From Mobula birostris (taxonomy: Eukaryota), in contig NC_092379.1 in assembly GCF_030028105.1 (NCBI RefSeq), positions 21,429,309-21,493,308 of the forward strand: 64,000 nucleotides of DNA, in the 5' to 3' direction. Of this stretch, positions 49,990 to 64,000 are shown piece after piece. Numbering within the stretch: position 1 is the first letter of the stretch; each line of letters begins with the position of its first letter. The position numbers were made by a program, and so were the translations under genes. The notes under the pieces were generated by a model. That model saw only the letters and a program-made list of their open reading frames with translations, was not told the origin of the DNA and made no database searches.

Positions 49990-52900
49990 TCGATCGGTTT
50001 CTGAGGTTTTTATGGCAGTTGGCAAAAAGCCTTAAGGTGAATTACCAACACCTTCTGAAGTAGTGTGGGTGAGCAAATCATGACCCACATTTTTATATCT
50101 GACCCCATATCTTATTTGTATCAAATTTTATCAGACGTATGTTCTTAAGGAACTGCATTATATATTTAAAGCAATAATCCTGCGACCCTTTCTGCAAAAT
50201 GCTATTAATGTTAAATTGAATTTTATTTTGTGATAACTCTAAAATCAACCATCCCCGCTCTTGATTATATCCTGTTGATTACAATATCCACACCTCCCAT
50301 TATTTTGTTTCTTCTTTAAAAACAGTACTTCAACCCTGTGCCCAAACCTCAATCTTGATGTTATCACCTCCTCCCCCTGCTCTTTCCTGCATTTCTCAAC
50401 CATCTCACTGCTTTTTGGATATTATTTCAAGTCGAAATAAGGATTGTATTAGCTCACATAAAATATCTGGTCTTTCTGCTGAATGTAAATATTTTAGACT
50501 CCTGATTCCTGTGCTTGAATCAGACAATATTACAACTCTCATCTCTCACCCTACCAATCCTATCCCTCATCTACTATTGCCCTTTTGAAGCATGTGTGGA
50601 CATTTGTAAATATCCATAATAATTATTATTTACATAAGATTCCACTGCACCATTTAAGATCACTTCTCTATTTTTCTATCTCTTTTTGAATAATTCAGGA
50701 TCCACTTCTGGTGCTTCACACAGTCATGGAGACAACCCAGGAAAAGGCACTGTTTCACTCACTGCCTTTTTACTAACTCCTATTCTTTCTGCTTTTCCCT
50801 CAATAGTCCATGCAAAACTTCTGATTTCCTTCTTTCCATTTCCCAGCATGGATCTGGAAGCTGCTTACTTGGATGATTTTCTCCAGGCCCTTGTAGGTTC
50901 ACCAATATGTTACCACAAGCTGAGCTCTTCTCAGTTCCAGAGGTGTCTCTCCCAACTCCACCTGCATTGCCACCACTGGTGTTGTCCTCATTGCCCCACT
51001 GATTAACCTTAATGCTTGACTTTGAATTATATCCAGTTTATTGACCACACAGTGTGATCCTGATCCTATACCATACATCCATAGTTCAGTATTGATCTTA
51101 TTAATCCTATATATATTGCTTTCAAGGATTTCCTATCAGCTTCCCTTTCCTTTCCTGTTAAACACCTCATAACATTTAGCACTTTCTTACCTTTAATATG
51201 TGTTGACTATGTGAGGCTTTTATCTCACCAACTTCCCACACGTTCTAATTCTATACCAAAGGTTTAGTTTCAAGTGTTGTTCTGTCCTCCTCCTTTTGAA
51301 AAGCATTGTGTTGGATTTCTCTGCTGAAAATCTGAATTCCAATTTTCATGCCCAATCTTCCACCTTAACGGCTCAGGCGGAAACGGGTGAGGCGAAGAGG
51401 ATTTGGCATTCATTTTTTGTTGTTATTTGAGGAGAGGGGCAGTATGAGTGTGAGGGCAGCTTGTTGTTCTCGGTGCCGGATGTGGGAGGCCCTGGAATCT
51501 CCAAGTCTCCCGGACGTCCACATCTGCGCCAGGTGCGCCGAGATGCAGCTCCTAAGGGACCGCGTTAGGGAACTGGAGCTGCAGCTCGATGACCTTCGTC
51601 TGGTCAGGGAGAGTGAGGAGGTGATAGAGAGGAGTTACAGGCAGGTGGTCACACCGGGGCCACAGGAGGCAGACAAGTGGGTCACGGTTAGGAGGGGGAA
51701 GGGGAAGAGTCAGGTAATAGAGAGTACTCCGGTGGCTGTGCCCCTGACAATAGGTACTCCTGTTTGAGCACTGTTGGGGGGGGACAGCTTACCTGGGGGA
51801 AGCGACAGTGGCCGTGCCTCCAGCACAGAGTCCGGCCATGTAGCTCAGAAGGGTAGGGAAAGGAACAGGAGGGCAGTTGTAATAGGGGACTCGATAGTAA
51901 GGGGGTCAGATGGGCGATTCTGTGGGTGCAGTCCAGAGACCCCGATGATAGTTTGCCTCCCTGGTGCCAGGGTCCAGGATATTTCTGATTGCGTCCAACA
52001 TATCCTGAAGTGAGAGGGTGAGCAGCCAGAGGATGTGGTACATATAGATACCAATGACATAGGTAGGAAAAGGGAAGAGGTTCTGAAAGGAGAATAGGGA
52101 GTTAGGAAGGGAGTTGAGAAAAAGGACCGCAAAGGTAGCAATCTCAGGATTACTGCCTGTGCCACGCGACACTGAGAGTAGGAATGCAATGTGGTGGAGG
52201 ATAAATGCGTGGCTGAGGGATTGGAGGAGGGGGCAGAGATTCAAGTTTTTGGATCATTGGGACCTCTTTTGGCGCAGGTGTGACCTGTACAAAAAGGACG
52301 GGTTACACTTGAATCCAAGGGGGACCAATATCCTGGAGGGAAGATTTGCGAGGGCTACTGAGGTGACGTTAAACTAGAATAGTTGGGGGGTGGGAATCAA
52401 ATTAAAGAGACTAGGAGAGAGGAGGATAGTTCACAACAGGGGGATAAGAACAAGTGCAGAGAGTCAAAGGGGTGTAAAATGAGGGTAGAAGCAAAAAGTA
52501 GTAAGGTGAAAAGTAAAAGTGGCAGGCCGGCAAATCCAGGGTAAAAATCAAACAGGGCCACTTTTCAACATAATTGTATAAGGGCTAAGAGTGTTGTAAA
52601 AGCGAGCCTGAAGGCTTTGTGTGTCAATGCAAGGAGCATTCGTAACAAGGTGGATGAAATAAAAGTGCAGATTGTTTTTAATGAATATGATATAGTTGGG
52701 ATCACAGAGACATGGCTCCAGGGTGACCAAGAATGGGAGCTCAACATTCAGGGATATTCAATATTCAGGAGGGATAGACATGAAAGAAAAGGAGGTGGGT
52801 GGCATTGCTGGTTAGAGAGGAGATTAACGCAATAGAAAAGAGGAAAATTAGCCGGGAGGATGTGGAATCGATATGGGTAGAGCTGCATAACACTAAGAGG

Positions 52901-55900
52901 CAGAAAACGCTGGTGGGAGTTGTGTACAGGCCACCTAACAGTCGTAGTGAGGTTCGGGATGGTATTAAACAGGAAATTAGAAATGCGTACAATAAAGGAA
53001 CAGCAGTTATAATGGGTGACTTCAATCTACATATAGATTAGGTGAACCAAATTGGTAAGGATGATGAGGAAGAGGATTTCTTGGAATGTATGCGGGATGG
53101 TTTTTTGGACCAACATGTCGAGTAACCAACCAGAGAGCAGGCTATTCTAGACTGGGTATTGAGCAATGAGGAAGGGTTAATTAGCAATCTTGGGTAAGAG
53201 TGACCATAATATGGTGGAATTCTTCATTTAGATGGAGAGTGACGTAGTTAATTCAGAAACAAAGGTTCTGAACTTAAAGAAGGGTAACTTTGAAGGTATG
53301 AGACGTGAATTAGCTATGATAGACTGGCAAATGACACTTATAGGGTTGACGGTGGATATGCAATGGCAAGCATTTAAAGATCGCATGGCTGAACTACAAC
53401 AATTGTTCATCCCAGTTTGGCAAAAGAATAAATCAGGGAAGGTAGTGCACCCATGGCTGACAAGGAAAATTAGGGATAGTCTCAATTCCAAAGAAGAAGG
53501 ACACAAATTAGCCAGAAAAAGTGGCTCACCTGAGGACTGGGAGAAATTCAGAGTCCAGCAGAGGTGGACAAAGGCTTAATTAGGAAAGGGAAAAAAGATT
53601 ATGAGAGAAAACTGGCAGGGAACATAAGAACTGACTGTAAAAGCTTTTATAGATATGTGAAAAGAAAAAGATTGGTTGAGACAAATGTAGGTCCCCTACA
53701 GACAGAAACAGGTGAATTGATTATGAGGAGCAAGGACATGGCAGACCAACTGAATAACTACTTTGGTTCTGTCTGCACTAAGGAGGACAGAAATAATCTT
53801 CCGGAAATAGTAGGGGACAGAGGGTCCAGTGAGATGGAGGAACTGAGCGAAATACATGTTAGTAGGGAAATGGTGTTAGGTAAATTGAAGGGATTAAAGG
53901 CAGATAAATTCCCAGGGCCAGATGGTCTGCATCCCAGAGTGCTTAAGGAAGTAGCCCAAGAAATAGTGGATGCATTAGTGATAATTTTTCAAAACTCTTT
54001 AGATTCTGGACTAGTTCCTGAGGATTGGAGGGTGGCTAATGTAACCCCGCTTTTTAAAAAAAGGAGGGAGAGAGAAACCAGGGAATTATAGACCGGTTAG
54101 CCTAACATCAGTGGTGGGGAAAATGCTGGAGTCAGTTATCAAAGATGTGATAACAGCACATTTGGAAAGCAGTGAAATCATCGGACAAAGTCAGCATGGA
54201 TTTATGAAAGGAAAATCATATCTGAGGAATCTGATAGAATTTTTTGAGGATGCAACTAGTAGAGTGAATAGGGGAGAACCAGTGGATGTGGTATATTTGG
54301 ATTTTAAAAAGGCTTTGGACAAGATCCCACACAGGAGATTAGTGTGCAAACTTAAAGCACAGGATATTGGGGGTAGGGTATTGATGTGGATAGAGAATTG
54401 GTTAGCAGACAGGAAGCAAAGAGTGGGAATAAACGGGACCTTTTCAGAATGGCAGGCAGTGACTAGTGGGGTACCGCAAGGCTCAGTGCTGGGACCCCAG
54501 TTGTTTACAATATATATTAATGACCTGGATGAGGGAATTAAATGCAGCATCTCCAAGTTTGCGGATGACACGAAGCTGGGCGGCAGTGTTAGCTGTGAGG
54601 AGGATGCTAAGAGGATGCAGGGTGACTTGGATAGGTTAGGTGAGTGGGCAAATTCATGGCAGATGCAATTTAATGTGGATAAATGTGAGGTTATCCACTT
54701 TGGTGGCAAAAACAGGAAAACAGATTATTATTTGAATGGTGGCCGATTAGGAAAAGGGGAGGTGCAACGAGACCTGGGTGTCATTATACACCAGTTATTG
54801 AAAGTGGCCATGCAGGTACAGCAGGCGGTGAAAAAGGCGAATGGTATGCTGGCATTCATAGCAAGAGGATTCGAGTACAGGAGCAGGGAGGTAATACTGC
54901 AGTTGTACAAGGCCTTGGTGAGACCACAACTGGAGTATTGTGTGCAGTTTTGGTCCGCTAATCTGAGGAAAGACATCCTTGCCATAGAGGGAGTACAAAG
55001 AAGGTTCACCAGATTGGTTCCTGGGATGGCAGGACTTTCACATGATGAAAGACTGGATCGACTAGGCTTATATTTGTTGGAATTTAGAAGATTGAGGGGG
55101 GATCTTATTGAAACGTATAAAATCCTAAAGGGATTGGACAGGCTAGATGCAGGAAGATTGTTCCCCATGTTGGGGAAGTCCAGAACGAGGGGTCACAGTT
55201 TGAGGATAAAGGGGAAGCCTTTTAGGACAGAGATTAGGAAAAACTTCCTCACACAGAGAGTGGTGAATCTGTGGAATTCTCTGCCACAGGAAACAGTTGA
55301 GGCCAGTTCATTGGCTATATTTAAGAGGGAGTTAGATATGGCCCTTGTGGCTAAAGGGATCAGGGGGTATGGAGGGAAGGCTTGTACAGGGTTCTGAGTT
55401 GGATGATCAGCCATGATCATACTGAATGGTGGTGCAGGTTCTTAGGGCCGAATGGTCTACTCCTGCACCTATTTTCTATGTTTCTATGTTAACCTTTGTC
55501 TCTTAAAGTTTCCGTGTTATAAATTTCACATTCCCACCCCTTTTCCACATAGCTCCATCATCCACACAATGAAATTCCAATACAACTATTTATATTAGAA
55601 AATATACCATTAATTATGATAGTAAATAGTAATGGACTAACAACACTTCTCTGAGGAGTTCTCTTTTCCATAATTGGCTTACTTGACTGATTTCCCTGGT
55701 CGTACCGTGATAGGTCTGCCAATTTAAAAATCCTTTATCCAATTTAGCATTCAACCTCAAATTCCCAATTCATATAACTTAAAATCAAACCTTCCCCATA
55801 GATAATTCTGGGTATCCAATGTCCCTGGTGACACCATTCATTCTTTTTATCATCTTCCAATCACTGTCAATGGGTGTTTGTATTCCTCCGGAGTCACAAA

Positions 55901-56250
55901 TCGTACTCCAATATTCCTCTTTCACCTTTCAAATTGTTTTTCTTACTATTGCTGCATATGTTTATTCTCAATTACTTTTGGAAAATTGTGTGTCCTCTTT
56001 TCCATTCTAAAGGCTCTATTACGATGCCTAATTGTTTCCCCACAATCTTTTCTCCACCACGGCACCATTTTCTTTTCAGCTCTATTCCATTTCCTTGGGA
56101 TACTTATTGTTGTCGCTGTCATTATCCCTTCTACAATCTTGCCACATAAAAGATCCACATCCTGATTGATTTCTATATTTGTTATTCCTGATCACTTGTT
56201 TCTTCAGACATTCTGCAATCAGCCTTTTCAAACAGCTGGCATTCCAGTAC
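49990..56250 (-). mobile_element. I/Nimb-like LINE remnant split by a CR1 insertion
   Basis: Minus strand GAMRTTPVVAMQVELGETPLELRR (~50925-51000) and KKMVPWWRKDCGETIRHRNRAFR (~55990-56075); the two halves rejoin across 51370-55488. Confidence 0.6.
51370..55488 (+). mobile_element. Near full-length CR1 LINE (ORF1 Zn-finger and SGNH esterase; ORF2 EN-RT)
   Basis: ORF1 CSRCRMW...CARC and VIGDSIVRG; ORF2 ITETW, GDFNL, RT 54111-55397 open for 428 aa (GVPQGSVLGP, FADDTK); TTTCTATG tail; flanked by TTAAC (51365-51369 and 55489-55493). Stops and frameshifts in the 5' half. Confidence 0.9.
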
Positions 56251-56259
56251 ATTTTCAGA

Positions 56260-59200
56260 TATATCAGAATCAGGTTTAATCTCACCGACATATGTCATGA
56301 AATTTGTTGTCTTTGTGGCTACAGTACAATGCAATGCATAATAAGAGAGTAAAAACCTGTGAATTATTGTGCGTGTGTGTATATATATGTAGGTATGTAA
56401 TTAAATGAGCAGTGCAAAAGTAGAAATAAAACAGTAGTGAGGTAGCGATCATGGGTTCAATTTCCAATCAGAAATCAGATGGCAGAGGGAAAGAAGTCCC
56501 TGAATCGTTGAGTGTGAACTTTCTGGCTTCTGAACCTCCATACTGATGGTGGCAATGAGAACAAGGCATAACCTGAGTGATGGGGGTCCCGAATGATAGA
56601 TGCTGCCTTTTTGAGGCATCACTCCTTGAAGATGTCCTGGGTACTACGGAGGCCAGTGCCCTTGATGGAGCTGATTGAGTTTACAACTCTCTGCAGTTTA
56701 TTTCTCACCCATGCAGTAGCCCCTCCCTCCTGCACCCCCATACCAGACCATGATGCAGCCAGTTAGAATGCTCTCCATGGTACATCTATCGAAATTTGTG
56801 ATTGTTTCAGGTGACATACCAAATCTCCTCAAGCTCCTAATGGAATATAGCAGCTGTTGTGCCTTCTTTGAAGTTGCATCGATATGTTAGATCTTCTGGC
56901 TCTTCATAAGCAAAAGGTGGAAGAATGTGAATGTGAATTTCGGGCAATAATTGTGAACTAAAACAAGAAAATCAAGCAAGAGTTGTATTGAGAGAACAAC
57001 AGGCTATTGAAAAAATAGGATGATTTGGCAGATGAATGCATAGCTGAGGAACTGATGCAGGGGCAGGGGTTTAGATTTCTGCATCACTGGGATCCCTTCT
57101 GGGGAAGTTACAACTGATACAAAAGGGATGGGTAGCGTGTGAATCCAAAGGGGATAAATATCTTGGTGGGCAGGTTTGCTTGTGCTGTTCAGAAGGATTT
57201 GAACCAATTTGACAGGAGATGGGAAATTGAGTGATAGGGCTGATAGTTGTTGGTTTACAAACAGAGGCAGTGTGTAGTGAGACTGCTAGCAAGCAGAGGC
57301 TGATGGTAGGCTAAAATTGCAGTCAATGAGTGAGTTGAAATTTAAAAGGAGGACAAAATCAAAAAAGAGTGATGAACACAGGACTGAAGGTGTTATAATT
57401 GAATGCACACAGTATACAGAATAAGCTAGATGAACTTGAAACACAGCAACAGATTGACACGTATGACATTGTGGGCATCAGTGAATCATGGCTGAAAGAT
57501 TATAGATGTGAGCTTAATGTCCAAGGATACACATTGTATTGAAAGGACAGGCAGGTAGGCAGTGAGCATGGTGTGGCTCTCAGAAAGTGTCAAATCACTC
57601 TGGGTAGAGCTAACAATCTGCAAGGGTGAATGACCCTGCTGGGAGTTATATACAGACCTGTGAACAGAATAGCAAAGATGTGGTCTACAAATTACAATGG
57701 GAGATAGAAAATGCATGTCACAAGTGCAATGTTAAAACTGTCTTCAGGAATTTCAATATGCAGGAAGATTGGGATGGGTTGCACCTGAACTTTGGGTGGG
57801 GGGGGGGGGCGGAGGAGCCAATATCCCGGCTTCGAGGTTTGCTGATGCTGCTTGGGAGAGTTTAAACTAGTTTTTTAGGGGGCTGAGAACCAGAGCCCCA
57901 GATCGGTAGGGGATGGATCTGACCAGAAGTTAGATGTCAGGCATAGTATTGAAAGGCAAAATTTAAATAACAGGTAGAATGGGTCAGATAGCTTGAAGTG
58001 TTTTTATTTTAATGCTGGGATTATTATGGGTAAGGATGATGAAATTCGAGCATGGATCAGTACATGGAACTACGATGTCGTAGACATTACTGAAACTTGG
58101 TTGAGGGAGCGGCAGGAATGAGTGATTAATGTGCCAGGTTTTTGGAGTTTTACAAAAGATAGAGGAGTAGGTAAGGGGGTGGGCAGTTGCAGTCCTGATC
58201 AGGGACAATATCACAGCTGCATTCAGAGGAGACATAATGGAGGGGTCAGAAACTGAGTCGATTTGGGTGAAACTCAGGGTTAGACAGGGTGCAATCACAC
58301 TGATGGGATTGTACTATGGACCCCCTAATAGCCACTGGGACATTGAGGAACAGATGTGTAATCAGATTAAAGAAAAATGTAAAAATAATAGGGTTGGTAT
58401 CATGGGGGATTTCAACTTTCCTAATATAAACTGGGAAGGCTTCTTAATGTAAGGGGCTCAGATGGGTTTGAATTTGTTAAGTAGGTTTCTTAAATCAATA
58501 TGTGCACGGTCCAATGAAAGGAGGGGCCATACTGCACCTGGTTTTGGGGAAGGAGCCTGGCCAGGTGACTGACCTTTCAGTGGGTGAACAGTTCGGGAAT
58601 CGTGACCACAAATCGTTAACTTTCAGGATAGCTATCAACAAGGATAGGTGTGGTCCTTGTGGAAGAGATTTAAATTGACATAGGGAAATTTACAAGGGCA
58701 TTAGGCAGGAACTAAGAAGCGTTAATTGTGAACAAACATCAAAGTTGCTGGTGAATGCAGCAGGCCAGGCAGCATCTCTAGGAAGAGGTACAGTCGACGT
58801 TTCGGGCCAAGACCCTTCGTCAGGACTAACTGACAGAAGAGCTAATTGGCATTAATTGGGAACACCTTTTCTCTGGCAAGTCCACATTAGACAAAAGACC
58901 GTGAGACAGGAGCAGTATTAGGCCATTCAGCCCATCAAGGCTACCCTGCCATTCCATCATGGGTCATCCTGGATTCCACTCAACCCCATACAGCTGCCTT
59001 CTCACCATATCCTCAGATGCCCTGACTGATCAGGAAAATAATCAACTTCTGCTTTAAAAATACCCACAGAATTGGCCTCCACTGCAGTCTGTGGCAGAGC
59101 ATTGCACAGATTCACTATTCTCAGGATTAAAAAAATCCTCCTTACCTCTGTTCTAAAAGATCACCCATCAATTTTGAAACTGTGCCCTCTTGTTCTGCTT

Positions 59201-59670
59201 ACTCCCTCCATAGGAAACATCCTCTCCACATCCACCCTATCTCCTCCCATCAACATTCGGTAGTTTTCAATGGGATCTGTCCGCATTCTTCTAAGTTCCA
59301 GCGAGTACAGGCCCAAAGCTGCCAAACGCTCCTCATATGTTAACCCCTTCATTTCTAGAATCATCCTTGTGACTCTCTCCAATGAAGACACACCCTTTCT
59401 AAGAAAAGGGGCCCATGACTGTTGACAATACTCCAAATGTGGCCAGATTAGTGCCTTATAAAGCCTCAGCATTATCTCCTTGCTTTTATATTCTATTCCT
59501 CTTGAAATAAATGCTAATATTGCATTTGCCTTCTCTACCACAGACTCAACCCGTGAATTAACCTTCTGGGAGCCTTACAAGAGGACTCCTAAGTCCCTCT
59601 GCACCTCTGTTGTTTGAACCTTTTCCCCATTTAGATAATAGTTCGCACTATTGTTCCATTGTTCCATATC
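56260..59670. mobile_element. Mixed Rex/Babar and CR1 fragments
   Basis: Rex-type 3' piece (-) 56260-56880; CR1 ORF1/EN pieces (+) 57000-58730; CR1 3' piece (-) 58900-59670, which resumes at 63365. Confidence 0.7.
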
Positions 59671-59674
59671 CGTT

Positions 59675-62600
59675 AAAGATGGTGCCTGTAACCGGCGACT
59701 TTGCGCAAGCTCTCCCGAGCAAACTGCCCTCGCCACTGTCCTGTAACTGAGAAACCCTTCTAAAACTCCAATTTAGCAAGATCAAGATCAACAACACTCT
59801 GGCGAAGCTACTGACCCAGATGGAGACCACCGCGCCAGAACTGCTTCTTAAACTCCGGACCGCACCTGGACCCGACCACGTTCCCGGAGACCCGCGGTCT
59901 GCCACCGTGCAGGAGCGCTTGGAGACACGACCCATTCCGACCAGCACCTCTCCGGCGCAGATGACCACACCGACGTGACGGCGGAGACCTCAAGGTGCCG
60001 CAGACGCTTCCCCGGAGCGACCACCGTGAAGCTCCATTGGTGGCCATCCACAGCTACCGGAAGATGAGACCTCCACCGCCAACCTCGGAAATCGAGCCCG
60101 AGGCTCGCCTGGAATGAAGGCTCCGCAACCGTGGCTCAGTTTACGGACTTGTTTCAGCCAGGAGCCCGGCCCTCTGGGATTAAGAGTCGGTTTCGGGGCC
60201 CGATCCAATCGACAGCCCAGGTCCCCGGCAGCTGGAAGTGGCAGCGGAGCCTCCCCCGTTACTCGGCCCGACCCGGAGCGCACGACGACGCGGCCTGCTG
60301 ATTCCCGCGGGACGCGTCCACCTATCTCAAAGAGCTGAGAACAACACACTGATATCGACGGAAACCTGGAAAGATGCACTATTTACCGAGGAAGTGTGGT
60401 AAAGGAGCTGGGCTGCTGGTCAGATTGAAGCTGAGGGGCTTCACGGTCCCTATGCCCACCATCCTACTAGCTGATGTGCAAGCCAGAGAGAACAAGGTGG
60501 ATGATCTTAAAGGGAGACTCACCTACTGCAGGGAGATGAGGAACTGCTGTGTATTCTGTTTCACTGAGACCTGGCTCTCCCCCGCCACCCCTGACTGTGC
60601 CATCTGACCCGAGGGGTTTTCGATCTATCGGATGGACCGCACGACGTCTTCAGGCAAGACAAAGGGAGGTGGTGTCTGCCTACTGATCAACACTGGGTGG
60701 TGATCAGACACAGTGGCACTGACAAGCTCCTGCAGCCCAGACCTGGAACACTTGTCGGTGAAGTGTCGTCGCTACTATCTGCTAAGGAATTCACCTCGGT
60801 CATACTGACAGCGGTCTACATTCCCCCCCAGGCGGACGTGGAGTGTGCTCTGAACATACTGTATGCCAACATCAGTGAACTTGAGACCAGGTATCCGGAG
60901 GCTTTACGATTACGGCTGGGGACTTTAACCAGGCCAACCTCAGAAATGCGATGCCAAAGTTATACCAACATGTCTCCTGCCCCACTGCAGGCCCGAATAT
61001 ACTTGACCACTGCTACACAGTGAATTTCCGTGGCAGATAGTAGGGACGACACTTCACTGACAAGTGTTCCAGGTCCGGGCTGCAGGAGCTTGTCAGTGTC
61101 ACAGTGTCCGAGCACCACGACCTCACTTCGGAAAATCGGACCATCAGACCGTACTCCTCCTCCCGGCTTACAAACAGAAACTGAAGTGGGAGTTCACGCT
61201 GTCAAAAGTAGTGTCGCGTTGGAAGGAGGAAACAGGTGAGGTCCTCCGTGACTGCTTTGAATCGGTGGACTGGTTAGTATTCATGGGCTCGGCAGCTAAC
61301 CTCGATGAGTATGCCTCAGCTGCCACGGACTTTATATGGAAATGCACGGAGGACTGTGTGTCTCACAAGACGATCCGGGTATTCCCTAACCGGAAACCTT
61401 GGATGAGTTATGAGGTGAAGTCCCTTTTAAAGGCTAGAGCTGCAGCTCTTAGGTCTGGATATACCAGTCGCTACACGGAGTCCAGGCGTGAACACCGGAA
61501 AGCCATTAAGGGCGCCAAGAGGCAATATCGAGCCCAGGCTAACCAAAGGGATGCCAGTAGACTATGGCAGGGTCTAAATGAGATCACTGTGCGCAAAGAA
61601 AAGGCTAGGAATATCAATGACTGTGGCACTTCTCTTCCTGATGAACTCAACGTATTCTACACAAGATTCGAACAGAAGAGGAGCGTCCCGCTCCCTCCGG
61701 ATGAACCGGACCTGGTGGCATCGAGATTCGTCATCACCGAGGAGGACATTAGAAGGGCCTTCCTGAAGATAAATCCAAGGAAGGCGACGGGCCCAGATGG
61801 CGTCCCAGGACGGGTTCTCCAGGCCTGTGCAAGTGAGCTAGCTGGAATGTTTGCTGACATCTTCAACTGCTCCTTGCTTCAGTCTAAGATTCCTTCGTGT
61901 TTTAAGAAGACAACGATAATCCCAGTGCCGAAGAAGAGCAAGGTGGCATGCCTGAATGACTATCGACCTGTGGCTCTGACATCAATTGCTATGAAGTGCT
62001 TCGAGAGATTGGTTATGGCACACATCAACCACAGCCTACCGGTCAACCTCGATGCTTTGCAATTCACCTACCGGAGCAACAGGTCAACGGCAGATGCCAT
62101 CTCTCTGGCCCTACATTCCTCCTTAGATGACCTGGAGAATAAAGATGCATACGTAAGGCTCCTTTTCATTGACTACAGCTCTGCCTTTAATACCATCATT
62201 CCAAATAAACTGATTCCTAAACTCCGGAACCTGGGCCTTAGCATTCCGATCTGCAGCTGGATCTTCAACTTCCTCACAGACAGGACCCAGGCTGTAAAAA
62301 TACGGGACAAGCTCTCCTCTACAATCACTCTGAGCAACGGTGCCCAACAAGACTGTGTACTCACTGCACACCCATGATTGTGTAGCCAAGTTTCCATCAA
62401 GCTCAATATAAAAGTTTGCTGATGACACAACAATTGTAGGCCATATCTCAGGAAATGATGAGTTTGAGCACAGACAGGAAATTAAGAACCTGGTGGCATG
62501 GTGCGAAGACAATAACTTATCCCACAGCGTCAGCAAGACGAAGGAATTGGTTGTTGACTTCAGAAGGAGTAGCAGACCGCACGACCCAATTTACGTCGGT

Positions 62601-63363
62601 GGTGCACAAGTGGAACAGGTCAAAAGCTTTAAATTCCTCGAGGTCAATATCATAAATGACCTGATTTGGTCCAACCAAGCAGAGTTCACTGCCAAGAAGG
62701 CCCAACAGCACCTTTACTTCCTGAGAAAACAGAAGAAATTTGGCCTGTCCTCTAAAACCCTCACTAATTTTTATAGATGCACCGTAGAAAGCATTCTTCT
62801 AGGGTGCATCACAACCTGGTATGGAAGTTGTCCTGTTCAAGACCGGAAGAAGCTGCAGAAGATCGTGAACATGGCGCAGCACATCACAGAAACCAATCTT
62901 CCGTCCGTGGACTCACTTTACACTGCACGTTGTCGGAGCAGTGCTGCCAGGATAATCAAGGACATGACCCAACCAGCCAACATACTTTTCGTCCCTCTTC
63001 CCTCCGGGAGAAGGCTCAAGAGCTTGAAGACTCCTACGGCCAGATTTGGGAACAGCTTCTTTCCAACTGTGAAAAGACTGCTGAACGGATCCTGACCCGG
63101 ATCTGGGCCGTACCCTCCAAATATCCGGACCTGCCTCTCAGTTTTTTTGCACTACCTTACTTTCCAATTTTCTATTTTCTATTTATGATTTATAATTAAA
63201 TTTTTAATATTTATTAATTTTTACTATTTGTAATATTTAATATTTGTAATCCAGGGAGTGGGAAGCGCAGAATCAAATATCGCTGTGATGATTGTACGTT
63301 CTAGTACCAACTGTTTGGTGACAATAAAGTGTTAAGTACCATAAAGTATAAAGAATAAAGTAT
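59675..63363 (+). mobile_element. Rex1/Babar-type LINE, near full length, frameshifted
   Basis: CpG-rich 5' region starting AAGATGGTGCC; EN (FTETWL, GGGVCL, AVYIPP); RT 61064-62377 (LNDYRPVALT, IDYSSAFNTI) with FADDT at ~62416; ATAAAGT-repeat tail; inserted into a minus-strand CR1. Confidence 0.85.
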
Positions 63364-63364
63364 T

Positions 63365-64000
63365 TACCTAAATGCATTATCATGTATTTCCCAAGATTGT
63401 AATCCATCTGCCACTTTTTGCCCATTCTTCCAATTTATCTAAGTCATACTGCAATTGCATTGCTTCCTCAGCACCACCTACCCCTCCACCTATCTTTGTA
63501 TCATCCACAAACTTTGCCACAAAGCCATTAATTCCATTATCTGAATCATAACCAAACAATGTGAAAAGTAGCGCTCAATACTGACCCCTGAGGAACACCA
63601 CCAGTCAATGACAACCAACCAGAGAAGGCCCTTTTTATTTCCACTTTCTGCCTCCTGTCAGCCATTCTTCTCTCCATGCCAATATCTCTGCTGTAATGTT
63701 ATTCAATTCTATCTTGTAAAGCAGCCTCATGTGTTGCTCCTTATCAAATAACTTTTCAAAATCCAAGGAAATAACATTCACTGCCTCTCCTTCGTCCATC
63801 CTGCTTGTTATTTCCTCAAAGAACTCTAACAGATTTGTCAGGCAAGATTTCCCATTGCAGAAACTACGCTGACTTTGACATATGTTATCATTTGTCTCCA
63901 AATACACCAAAACCTCATCCTAAAGAAAGAGACTTCAACACTTCCCAACCACTAAGTTTTGGATAACTCGCCTATAATTTCCTTTATTTTGCCTTCCTCC
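63365..64000 (-). mobile_element. CR1 RT fragment (continuation of the copy ending at ~59670)
   Basis: Minus ORF KSCLTNLLEFFEEIT...LDFEKLFDK. Confidence 0.8.

Noticed and set aside
1-64000. Most other 60-130 aa ORFs in the track
   Set aside because: They are antisense or out-of-frame readings of Ig exons and LINEs, or low-complexity sequence, with no independent domain or splice support.

Overview
Eukaryotic (cartilaginous fish, probably a ray; species inferred only from the repeat landscape) genomic window holding one unrearranged immunoglobulin heavy-chain minilocus of the IgW (omega) class on the + strand, embedded in dense, nested retroelement debris. Exon map read from splice signals: leader 12099-12144; VH 12254-12551 with 23-RSS; D1 (12/23 RSS); D2 (12/12 RSS); JH 13822-13869; CH1; CH2; a separate Cys-rich short secretory-tail exon (23153-23283, absent from the ORF track); CH3-CH6 with the long-form tailpiece (stop 29338). 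Downstream of the tailpiece exon and its poly(A) signal lie two further intact C exons (here CH7/CH8, diverged paralogues of CH3/CH4), then the TM1 exon (39624-39766). The main finding is this layout. CH6 has no internal splice donor, so CH7/CH8 cannot join the long secreted chain and are predicted to appear in membrane isoforms (or a further secreted form) that skip CH6. Their frames are intact, a lost acceptor looks rescued in frame, and the centre of CH7 has diverged faster than the adjacent intron. The rest of the window is a Gmr1-like LTR element (SCAN-like gag, 4-bp TSD) nested in an internally inverted RTE LINE, many CR1 and Rex/Babar LINE pieces, I/Nimb-like, Penelope-like and Ty3/Gypsy fragments, and a 43-bp minisatellite and G-rich tract in the J-C intron. 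Repeat boundaries are approximate, percent identities are hand counts, and most short ORFs in the track are LINE fragments or noise.
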